Shown one piece after another: positions 26,101-38,876 of a DNA stretch of 64,000 nucleotides. The stretch spans positions 120,778,001-120,842,000 of the forward strand of contig NC_045697.1 in assembly GCF_009834535.1 (NCBI RefSeq), written 5' to 3'. Position 1 is the stretch's first letter; every line of letters starts with the position of its first letter. The notes beneath the pieces are model-generated. The model was not told the DNA's origin, did not search any database, and saw nothing but the letters and a program-made list of their open reading frames with translations. Made by a program: the position numbers and the translations under genes. This DNA comes from Camelus ferus (Eukaryota).

Positions 26101-29100
26101 TCATATTCTGAACACAGAATATCATGGTGAAAGAAACTTTGTAAATTACATATTTATTGGGTAGAACTCACTCCAAAAGTATATTTCTGTGAAATCTGCC
26201 TCATTTTCAAAACTGGCATAAGGAAAAGAGTTCGAAATCTGAGAAAATGTTTCTAAGGCAAATATGACTTTAATGGTGGATGAAAGTACAGTAATCCACA
26301 TGCTAAAAAATTCTGTAGTGAATATTTGTCGAAACTGTTATGCATGCAACTTTCTCGGAACACAGAAATTGACGGTGAGCCAACCTATGTAAATCAAATG
26401 TCTATTGTGTAGAACTCTCTGCAAGAGCATTTTTCGGTGAAAACTGCCTCATTTTCGAAACTGGCGTTAGGAAAAACTTTCAAAAAATGAGAAAATGCTT
26501 GTAAGCGCCATTATGCCTTGTATGGTGGATGAAAGTACGGTAATCCACATGCTAACAACTCTGTATTGAATATTTGTGGAATCCGAGATGCATGTAGCAT
26601 GTTCAGAACACGGAATTTCCCGGTGAGCGAATCTATGTAAATTACAAGTCCTTTGTTTAGAATTCGCTCCAAGAGCTTTTTGCTGCGAAATCTGCCGCAT
26701 TTTCAAAACTGGCGTTTGGAAAACACTGTGAAATCAGAGAAAATGCTTCTAAGTGTCACTATGCCTTTTATTGTGTTGAAAGTTCGGTAATCCACATGCA
26801 AACACATTTGTAGTGAATATTTGTCGAATCCGTTATGCATGTAGCGTGTTCGAAAGACGTAATTTCACAGCAATGGAATCTATGTAAATTACATGTCTAG
26901 TGGGTAGAAATCGCTCCAACAGTTTTTTCCTTAGAAAAATGCCTAATTTTCAAAACTGCTATTAGGAAATTGCTGCGAACTCAGAGTTAATGTTTCTAGG
27001 TGATAATATGTCTTGTGTGGTGGATGAAAGTTTGTAATGCACATGCTCGTAACACAGTAATGAATGCTTTCTGAATCTGTGATGCATGTAGCATGTTCAG
27101 AACATGGAATGTCACAGTGAGGGGAAAAATGTAAATTACATGTCTATTGGGTAGTACTCGCTCCAAGAGGATTTTTCTGCGAAAACTGCATGATTTTAGA
27201 AACTGACGTAAGGAGAAATCTACTAAAGAAGAATAAATGTTTCTATGTGTAAATACACATTGTATGGTGGGTGAAAGTTCGGTAATACACATGTTCACCA
27301 CTCAATAAAGAATGTTTGTCGAATCAGTGATGCATGTAGCGTGTTCGGAACATGAAATGTCACGGTGAGTGAAAGCATTTAAATTACATGTCCACTTGGT
27401 AGAACTTGCTCCAAAAGCATTTTTCTGTGAAATCTGCCTCATTTTCCAAACTGGCATTAGGAAAAAATTCGAATTTTGAGAAAATGCTTCTAAGTGTCAA
27501 TATGACTTGTATGGTGATGAAAGTTCAGAAATACACATGCTAACAAATCTGTAGTGAATATTTTCCGAAACCGTGATGCATGCATTTTTTTCATAACACA
27601 GAATTTGACGATGAGCGAATCTATGTAAATTACATGACTATTGGGTGGAACAAGTTCCAAGAGTATATTTCTTTGAACACAGCCTGATTTCAGAAACTGA
27701 CGTTAGGAAAAAGTTTCAAAAAATGAGAAAATGTTTGTAAGCGCCATTATGCCTTGTATGGTGTATAAAACTACGGTAATCCACATGCTAACAACTCTGT
27801 ATTGAATATTTGTGGAATCCGAGTTGCATGTAGCGTGTTCAGAACACGGAAATTCACGGTGAGCGAATCTATGTAAATTACAATTCTCTTGGCTAGAACT
27901 CGCCCCAAGAGATATTTGCTGCGAAATCTGCCGCATTTTCAAAACTGGCGTTTGGAAAACTCTGTGAAAACAGAGAAAATGCTTCTAAGTATCAATATGC
28001 CTTTTATTATGCTGAAAGTTCGGTAATCCACATGCAAACACATTTGTAGTGGGTATATTTCGAATACGTTATGAATGTAGCGTGTTCGAAAGACGTAATT
28101 TCACAGCAATGGAATCTATGTACATTACATGCCTAGTAGGTAGAAATCGCTCCAACAGATTTTTCCTTAGAAAAATGCCTAATTTACAAAACTGCTATTA
28201 GGAATTCCCTGCGAAATCAGAGTCAATGTTTCTAGGTGCTAATATGTCTTGTGTGGTGGATGAAAGTTTGTAATGCACATGCTTACACTCAATAAAGAAT
28301 GTTGTAGAATCTGTGATGCATGTAATGTATTCGGAACACGGAATGTCATGGTAACTGAAACTATGTTAATTGTAAGTCTATTGGATAGAACTCACTCCAA
28401 GAGTATTTTTCTGTGAAAACTGTCTTATTTTCGAAACTGGCATTAAGAAATATCTGCAAATAGTGAGTACATGCTTCTAGCTGTATATATACATTGTATG
28501 GTAGATGAAAGTACATTAATCCACATGCTAACAACTCAGCAGTTAATATTTGTCAAACTACGGTGCATGTAGCATGTTCGGAGCACGGTATGTCACGGCG
28601 AGGAGTTCTATGTAAATTACATGTCTATTGTGTAGAACAATCTACAAGAGAATTATCCTGCAAAAGTTGCCTGATATTATAAACTGCAGTTAGGAAAATG
28701 CTGCAAAATCAGAATAATATTTTCAAGGTGTTTATATGCATTTTACGGTGAATGAAAGTTCTGTAATTCACAGGCACACAACTGACTAATGAATGTTTGT
28801 CAAATCCGTGATGAATGCAGTGTGTTCAGACCACGGAAAGTCACTTTGTGGGAAACAATTGAAATTGCAATTCTAATGGGTAGAACTCACATGCAGAGAT
28901 TTTTTCTGGGAAAACTTTATGATTTTCGAGACTGACGTTAGGAAAAATCTGTGAAATCAGAGTAAATATTTCTAGGTGTATTTATGCCTTGTAAGGTGGA
29001 TGAAAGTTCTGTAATCCACATGCACACAAATGAGTAATGAATGTTTGTCAAATCCGTGATGCATGTAGCGTGTTCAGAAAATGGAAAGTCTCTTTGAGGG

Positions 29101-32100
29101 AAACTAAATTACAATTCTACTGGGTAGAACTCGCATGAAGAGGTTTTTTCTGCGAAATCTTCATGATTTTTGAAACTGAAGTTAGGAAAAAGCTGTGAAA
29201 GCAGAGTCAATATTTCTAGGTGTAAATATACCTTGTATGGTGGTTGAAAGTTTGGTAATCCACATGTTCACAACTCATTAAAAAATGTTTGTCAATCCGT
29301 GATGCACTTATCATATTCTGAACACAGAATATCATGGTGAAAGCAACTTTGTAAATTACATATTTATTGGGTAGAACTCACTCCAAAAGTATATTTCTGT
29401 GAAATCTGCCTCATTTTCAAAACTGGCATAAGGAAAAGAGTTCGAAATCTGAGAAAATGTTTCTAAGGCAAATATGACTTTAATGGTGGATGAAAGTACA
29501 GTAATCCACATGCTAAAAAATTCTGTAGTGAATATTTGTCGAAACTGTTATGCATGATACCTTCTCGGAACACAGAATTTGACGGTGAGCCAACCTATGT
29601 AAATCAAATGTCTATTGTGTAGAACTCTCTGCAAGAGCATTTTTCGGTGAAAACTGCCTCATTTTCGAAACTGGCGTTAGGAAAAACTTTCAAAAAATGA
29701 GAAAATGCTTGTAAGCGCCATTATGCCTTGTATGGTGGATGAAAGTACGGTAATCCACATGCTAACACTCTGTAGTGAATATTTGTGGAATCCGAGATGC
29801 ATGTAGCATGTTCAGAACACGGAATTTCCCGGTGAGCGAATCTATGTAAATTACAAGTCCTTTGTTTAGAATTCGCTCCAAGAGCTTTTTGCTGCGAAAT
29901 CTGCCGCATTTTCAAAACTGGCGATTTGGAAAACACTGTGAAATCAGAGAAAATGCTTCTAAGTGTCACTATGCCTTTTATTGTGTTGAAAGTTCGGTAA
30001 TCCACATGCAAACACATTTGTAGTGAATATTTGTCGAATCCGTTATGCATGTAGCGTGTTCGAAAGACGTAATTTCACAGCAATGGAATCTATGTAAATT
30101 ACATGTCTAGTGGGTAGAAATCGCTCCAACAGTTTTTTCCTTAGAAAAATGCCTAATTTTCAAAACTGCTATTAGGAAATTGCTGCGAACTCAGAGTTAA
30201 TGTTTCTAGGTGATAATATGTCTTGTGTGGTGGATGAAAGTTTGTAATGCACATGCTCGTAACACAGTAATGAATGCTTTCTGAATCTGTGATGCATGTA
30301 GCATGTTCAGAACATGGAATGTCACAGTGAGGGGAAAAATGTAAATTACATGTCTATTGGGTAGTACTCGCTCCAAGAGGATTTTTCTGCGAAAACTGCA
30401 TGATTTTAGAAACTGACGTAAGGAGAAATCTACTAAAGAAGAATAAATGTTTCTATGTGTAAATACACATTGTATGGTGGGTGAAAGTTCGGTAATACAC
30501 ATGTTCACCACTCAATAAAGAATGTTTGTCGAATCAGTGATGCATGTAGCGTGTTCGGAACATGAAATGTCACGGTGAGTGAAAGCATTTAAATTACATG
30601 TCCACTTGGTAGAACTTGCTCCAAAAGCATTTTTCTGTGAAATCTGCCTCATTTTCCAAACTGGCATTAGGAAAAAATTCGAATTTTGAGAAAATGCTTC
30701 AAAGTGTCAATATGACTTGTATGGTGATGAAAGTTCAGAAATACACATGCTAACAAATCTATAGTGAATATTTTCCGAAACCGTGATGCATGCATTTTTT
30801 TCATAACACAGAATTTGACGATGAGCGAATCTATGTAAATTACATGACTATTGGGTGGAACAAGTTCCAAGAGTATATTTCTTTGAACACAGCCTGATTT
30901 CAGAAACTGACGTTAAGAAAAACTTTCAAAAAATGAGAAAATGTTTGTAAAAGCGCCATTATGCCTTGTATGGTGTATAAAACTATGGTAATCCACATGC
31001 TAACAACTCTGTATTGAATATTTGTGGAATCCGAGTTGCATGTAGCGTGTTCAGAACACGGAAATTCACGGTGAGCGAATCTATGTAAATTACAATTCTC
31101 TTGGCTAGAACTCGCCCCAAGAGATATTTGCTGCGAAATCTGCCGTATTTTCAAACCTGGCGTTTGGAAAACTCTGTGAAAACAGAGAAAATGCTTCTAA
31201 GTATCAATATGCCTTTTATTATGCTGAAAGTTCGGTAATCCACATGCAAACACATTTGTAGTGGGTATATTTCGAATACGTTATGAATGTAGCGTGTTCG
31301 AAAGACGTAATTTCACAGCAATGGAATCTATGTAAATTACATGCCTAGTAGGTAGAAATCGCTCCAACAGATTTTTCCTTAGAAAAATGCCTAATTTACA
31401 AAACTGCTATTAGGAATTTCCTGCGAACTCAGAGTCAATGTTTCTAGGTGCTAATATGTCTTGTGTGGTGGATGAAAGTTTGTAATGCACATGCTTACAC
31501 TCAATAAAGAATGTTGTAGAATCTGTGATGCATGTAATGTATTCGGAACACGGAATGTCATGGTAACTGAAACTATGTTAATTGTAAGTCTATTGGATAG
31601 AACTCACTCCAAGAGTATTTTTCTGTGACAACTGTCTTATTTTTGAAACTGGCATTAAGAAATATCTGCAAATAGTGAGTACATGCTTCTAGCTGTATAT
31701 ATACATTGTATGGTAGATGAAAGTACATTATTCCACATGCTAACAACTCAGCAGTTAATATTTGTCAAACTACGGTGCATGAAGCATGTTCGGAGCACGG
31801 TATGTCACGGCGAGGAGTTCTATGTAAATTACATGTCTATTGTGTAGAACAATCTACAAGAGAATTATCCTGCAAAATTTGCCTGATATTATAAACTGCA
31901 GTTAGGAAAATGCTGCAAAATCAGAATAATATTTTCAAGGTGTTTATATGCATTTTACGGTGAATGAAAGTTTTGTAATTCACAGGCACACAACTGACTA
32001 ATGAATGTTTGTCAAATCCGTGATGAATGCAGTGTGTTCAGACCACGGAAAGTCACTTTGTGGGAAACAATTGAAATTGCAATTCTAATGGGTAGAACTC

Positions 32101-35100
32101 ACATGCAGAGATTTTTTCTGGGAAAACTTTATGATTTTCGAGACTGACGTTAGGAAAAATCTGTGAAATCAGAGTAAATATTTCTAGGTGTATTTATGCC
32201 TTGTAAGGTGGATGAAAGTTCTGTAATCCACATGCACACAAATGAGTAATGAATGTTTGTCAAATCCGTGATGCATGTAGCGTGTTCAGAAAATGGAAAG
32301 TCACTTTGAGGGAAACTAAATTACAATTCTACTGGGTAGAACTCGCATGAAGAGGTTTTTTCTGCGAAATCTTCATGATTTTTGAAACTGAAGTTAGGAA
32401 AAAGCTGTGAAAGCAGAGTCAATATTTCTAGGTGTAAATATACCTTGTATGGTGGTTGAAAGTTTGGTAATCCACATGGTCACTACTCATTAAAAAATGT
32501 TTGTCAATCCGTGATGCACTTATCATATTCTGAACACAGAATATCATGGTGAAAGAAACTTTGTAAATTACATATTTATTGGGTAGAACTCACTCCAAAA
32601 GTATATTTCTGTGAAATCTGCCTCATTTTCAAAACTGGCATAAGGAAAAGAGTTCGAAATCTGAGAAAATGTTTCTAAGGCAAATATGACTTTAATGGTG
32701 GATGAAAGTACAGTAATCCACATGCTAAAAAATTCTGTAGTGAATATTTGTCGAAACTGTTATGCATGCAGCTTTCTCGGAACACAGAATTTGACGGTGA
32801 GCCAACCTATGTAAATCAAATGTCTATTGTGTAGAACTCTCTGCAAGAGCATTTTTCAGTGAAAACTGCCTCATTTTCGAAACTGGCGTTAGGAAAAACT
32901 TTCAAAAAATGAGAAAATGCTTGTAAGCGCCATTATGCCTTGTATGGTGGATGAAAGTACGGTAATCCACATGCTAACACTTCTGTAGTGAATATTTGTG
33001 GAATCCGAGATGCATGTATCGTGTTCAGAACATGGAATTTCCCGGTGAGCGAATCTATGTAAATTACAAGTCCTTTGTTTAGAATTCGCTCCAAGAGATT
33101 TTTGCTGCGAAATCTGCCGCATTTTCAAAACTGGCATTTGGAAAACACTGTGAAATCAGAGAAAATGCTTCTAAATGTCACTATGCCTTTTATTGTGTTG
33201 AAAGTTCGGTAATCCACATGCAAACACATTTGTAGTGAATATTTGTCGAATCCGTTATGCATGTAGCGTGTTCGAAAGACGTAATTTCACAGCAATGGAA
33301 TCTATGTAAATTACATGTCTAGTGGGTAGAAATCGCTCCAACAGTTTTTTCCTTAGAAAAATGCCTAATTTTCAAAACTGCTATTAGGAAATTGCTGCGA
33401 ACTCAGAGTTAATGTTTCTAGGTGATAATATGTCTTGTGTGGTGGATGAAAGTTTGTAATGCACATGCTCGTAACACAGTAATGAATGCTTTCTGAATCT
33501 GTGATGCATGTAGCATGTTCAGAACATGGAATGTCACAGTGAGGGGAAAAATGTAAATTACATGTCTATTGGGTAGTACTCGCTCCAAGAGGATTTTTCT
33601 GCGAAAACTGCATGATTTTAGAAACTGACGTAAGGAGAAATCTACTAAAGAAGAATAAATGTTTCTATGTGTAAATACACATTGTATGGTGGGTGAAAGT
33701 TCGGTAATACACATGTTCACCACTCAATAAAGAATGTTTGTCGAATCAGTGATGCATGTAGCGTGTTCGGAACATGAAATGTCACGGTGAGTGAAAGCAT
33801 TTAAATTACATGTCCACTTGGTAGAACTTGCTCCAAAAGCATTTTTCTGTGAAATCTGCCTCATTTTCCAAACTGGCATTAGGAAAAAATTCGAATTTTG
33901 AGAAAATGCTTCAAAGTGTCAATATGACTTGTATGGTGATGAAAGTTCAGAAATACACATGCTAACAAATCTATAGTGAATATTTTCCGAAACCGTGATG
34001 CATGCATTTTTTTCATAACACAGAATTTGACGATGAGCGAATCTATGTAAATTACATGACTATTGGGTGGAACAAGTTCCAAGAGTATATTTCTTTGAAC
34101 ACAGCCTGATTTCAGAAACTGACGTTAAGAAAAACTTTCAAAAAATGAGAAAATGTTTGTAAGCGCCATTATGCCTTGTATGGTGTATAAAACTATGGTA
34201 ATCCACATGCTAACAACTCTGTATTGAATATTTGTGGAATCCGAGTTGCATGTAGCGTGTTCAGAACACGGAAATTCACGGTGAGCGAATCTATGTAAAT
34301 TACAATTCTCTTGGCTAGAACTCGCCCCAAGAGATATTTGCTGCGAAATCTGCCGTATTTTCAAACCTGGCGTTTGGAAAACTCTGTGAAAACAGAGAAA
34401 ATGCTTCTAAGTATCAATATGCCTTTTATTATGCTGAAAGTTCGGTAATCCACATGCAAACACATTTGTAGTGGGTATATTTCGAATACGTTATGAATGT
34501 AGCGTGTTCGAAAGACGTAATTTCACAGCAATGGAATCTATGTAAATTACATGCCTAGTAGGTAGAAATCGCTCCAACAGATTTTTCCTTAGAAAAATGC
34601 CTAATTTACAAAACTGCTATTAGGAATTTCCTGCGAACTCAGAGTCAATGTTTCTAGGTGCTAATATGTCTTGTGTGGTGGATGAAAGTTTGTATTGCAC
34701 ATGCTTACACTCAATAAAGAATGTTGTAGAATCTGTGATGCATGTAATGTATTCGGAACACGGAATGTCATGGTAACTGAAACTATGTTAATTGTAAGTC
34801 TATTGGATAGAACTCACTCCAAGAGTATTTTTCTGTGACAACTGTCTTATTTTTGAAACTGGCATTAAGAAATATCTGCAAATAGTGAGTACATGCTTCT
34901 AGCTGTATATATACATTGTATGGTAGATGAAAGTACATTATTCCACATGCTAACAACTCAGCAGTTAATATTTGTCAAACTACGGTGCATGAAGCATGTT
35001 CGGAGCACGGTATGTCACGGCGAGGAGTTCTATGTAAATTACATGTCTATTGTGTAGAACAATCTACAAGAGAATTATCCTGCAAAATTTGCCTGATATT

Positions 35101-36156
35101 ATAAACTGCAGTTAGGAAAATGCTGCAAAATCAGAATAATATTTTCAAGGTGTTTATATGCATTTTACGGTGAATGAAAGTTTTGTAATTCACAGGCACA
35201 CAACTGACTAATGAATGTTTGTCAAATCCGTGATGAATGCAGTGTGTTCAGACCACGGAAAGTCACTTTGTGGGAAACAATTGAAATTGCAATTCTAATG
35301 GGTAGAACTCACATGCAGAGATTTTTTCTGGGAAAACTTTATGATTTTCGAGACTGACGTTAGGAAAAATCTGTGAAATCAGAGTAAATATTTCTAGGTG
35401 TATTTATGCCTTGTAAGGTGGATGAAAGTTCTGTAATCCACATGCACACAAATGAGTAATGAATGTTTGTCAAATCCGTGATGCATGTAGCGTGTTCAGA
35501 AAATGGAAAGTCACTTTGAGGGAAACTAAATTACAATTCTACTGGGTAGAACTCGCATGAAGAGGTTTTTTCTGCGAAATCTTCATGATTTTTGAAACTG
35601 AAGTTAGGAAAAAGCTGTGAAAGCAGAGTCAATATTTCTAGGTGTAAATATACCTTGTATGGTGGTTGAAAGTTTGGTAATCCACATGGTCACTACTCAT
35701 TAAAAAATGTTTGTCAATCCGTGATGCACTTATCATATTCTGAACACAGAATATCATGGTGAAAGAAACTTTGTAAATTACATATTTATTGGGTAGAACT
35801 CACTCCAAAAGTATATTTCTGTGAAATCTGCCTCATTTTCAAAACTGGCATAAGGAAAAGAGTTCGAAATCTGAGAAAATGTTTCTAAGGCAAATATGAC
35901 TTTAATGGTGGATGAAAGTACAGTAATCCACATGCTAAAAAATTCTGTAGTGAATATTTGTCGAAACTGTTATGCATGCAGCTTTCTCGGAACACAGAAT
36001 TTGACGGTGAGCCAACCTATGTAAATCAAATGTCTATTGTGTAGAACTCTCTGCAAGAGCATTTTTCAGTGAAAACTGCCTCATTTTCGAAACTGGCGTT
36101 AGGAAAAACTTTCAAAAAATGAGAAAATGATTGTAAGCGCCATTATGCCTTGTATG
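20105..36156 (+). repeat. Five tandem near-identical 13-mer HORs (A B C D E A' B' C' F' G' H' J' K'), ~3210 bp each
   Basis: A-anchors at 20105, 23315, 26525, 29735, 32947 and 36157 give periods of 3210, 3210, 3210, 3212 and 3210. The ORF track repeats with the same period. Confidence 0.95.
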
Positions 36157-38876
36157 GTGGATGAAAGTACGGTAATCCACATGCTAACACTTCTGTAGTG
36201 AATATTTGTGGAATCCGAGATGCATGTATCGTGTTCAGAACATGGAATTTCCCGGTGAGCGAATCTATGTAAATTACAAGTCCTTTGTTTAGAATTCGCT
36301 CCAAGAGATTTTTGCTGCGAAATCTGCCGCATTTTCAAAACTGGCATTTGGAAAACACTGTGAAATCAGAGAAAATGCTTCTAAATGTCACTATGCCTTT
36401 TATTGTGTTGAAAGTTCGGTAATCCACATGCAAACACATTTGTAGTGAATATTTGTCGAATCCGTTATGCATGTAGCGTGTTCGAAAGACGTAATTTCAC
36501 AGCAATGGAATCTATGTAAATTACATGTCTAGTGGGTAGAAATCGCTCCAACAGTTTTTTCCTTAGAAAAATGCCTAATTTTCAAAACTGCTATTAGGAA
36601 ATTGCTGCGAACTCAGAGTTAATGTTTCTAGGTGATAATATGTCTTGTGTGGTGGATGAAAGTTTGTAATGCACATGCTCGTAACACAGTAATGAATGCT
36701 TTCTGAATCTGTGATGCATGTAGCATGTTCAGAACATGGAATGTCACAGTGAGGGGAAAAATGTAAATTACATGTCTATTGGGTAGTACTCGCTCCAAGA
36801 GGATTTTTCTGCGAACACTGCATGATTTTAGAAACTGACGTAAGGAGAAATCTACTAAATAAGAATAAATGTTTCTATGTGTAAATACACATTGTATGGT
36901 GGGTGAAAGTTCGGTAATACACATGTTCACCACTCAATAAAGAATGTTTGTCGAATCAGTGATGCATGTAGCGTGTTCGGAACATGAAATGTCACGGTGA
37001 GTGAAAGCATTTAAATTACATGTCCACTTGGTAGAACTTGCTCCAAAAGCATTTTTCTGTGAAATCTGCCTCATTTTCCAAACTGGCATTAGGAAAAAAT
37101 TCGAATTTTGAGAAAATGCTTCTAAGTGTCAATATGACTTGTATGGTGATGAAAGTTCAGAAATACACATGCTAACAAATCTGTAGTGAATATTTTCCGA
37201 AACCGTGATGCATGCAGTTTTTTCAGAACACAGAATTTGACGATGAGCGAATCTATGTAAATTACATGACTATTGGGTGGAACAAGTTCCAAGAGTATAT
37301 TTCTTTGAAAATTGCCTGATTTCAGAAACTGACGTTAGAAAAAATTTTCAAAAAATGAGAAAATGCTTGTAAGCGCCATTATGCCTTGTATGGTGTATAA
37401 AACTACGGTAATCCACATGCTAATAACTCTGTATTGAATATTTGTGGAATCCGAGTTGCATGTAGCGTGTTCAGAACACGGAAATTCACGGTGAGCGAAT
37501 CTATGTAAATTACAATTCTCTTGGCTAGAACTCGCCCCAAGAGATATTTGCTGCGAAATCTGCCGCATTTTCAAAACTGGCGTTTGGAAAACTCTGTGAA
37601 AACAGAGAAAATGCTTCTAAGTATCAATATGCCTTTTATTATGCTGAAAGTTCGGTAATCCACATGCAAACACATTTTTAGTGGGTATATTTCGAATACG
37701 TTATGAATGTAGCGTGTTCGAAAGACGTAATTTCACAGCAATGGAATCTATGTAAATTACATGCCTAGTAGGTAGAAATCGCTCCAACAGATTTTTCCTT
37801 AGAAAAATGCCTAATTTACAAAACTGCTATTAGGAATTTCCTGCGAACTCAGAGTCAATGTTTCTAGGTGCTAATATGTCTTGTGTGGTGGATGAAAGTT
37901 TGTAATGCACATGCTTACACTCAATAAAGAATGTTGTAGAATCTGTGATGCATGTAATGTATTCGGAACACGGAATGTCATGGTAACTGAAACTATGTTA
38001 ATTGTAAGTCTATTGGATAGAACTCACTCCGAGAGGATTTTTCTGTGAAAACTATCTTATTTTTGAAACTGGCATTAAGAAATATCTGCAAATAGTGAGT
38101 ACATGCTTCTAGCTGTATATATACATTGTATGGTAGATGAAAGTACATTAATCCACATGCTAACAACTCAGCAGTTAATATTTGTCAAACTACGGTGCAT
38201 GTAGCATGTTCGGAACACGGTATGTCACGGCGAGGAGTTCTATGTAAATTACATGTCTATTGTGTAGAACAATCTACAAGAGAATTATCCTGCAAAAGTT
38301 GCCTGACATTATAAACTGCAGTTAGGAAAATGCTGCAAAATCAGAATAATATTTTCAAGGTGTTTATATGCATTTTACGGTGAATGAAAGTTCTGTAATT
38401 CACAGGCACACAACTGACTAATGAATGTTTGTCAAATCCGTGATGAATGCAGTGTGTTCAGACCACGGAATGTCACTTTGTGGGAAACAATTGAAATTGC
38501 AATTCTAATGGGTAGAACTCACATGCAGAGATTTTTTCTGGGAAATCTTTATGATTTTCGAGAGTGACGTTAGGAAAAATCTGTGAAATTAGAGTAAATA
38601 TTTCTAGGTGTATTTATGCCTTGTATGGTGGATGAAAGTTCAGTAATCCACATGCTAAAAAATTCTGTAGTGAATATTTGTCGAAACTGTTATGCATGCA
38701 GCTTTCTCGGAACACAGAATTTGACGGTGAGCGAACCTAAGTAAATTAAATGTCTATTGTGTAGAACTCTCTGCAAGAGCATTTTTCGGTGAAAACTGCC
38801 TCATTTTCGAAACTGGCGTTAGGAAAAACTTTCAAAAAATGAGAAAATGCTTGTAAGCGCCATTATGCCTTGTATG
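36157..38876 (+). repeat. HOR unit, 11-mer (A B C D E A' B' C' F' G' K), 2720 bp
   Basis: A-anchors at 36157 and 38877; G' joins directly to a K-type monomer at ~38628. Confidence 0.85.
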
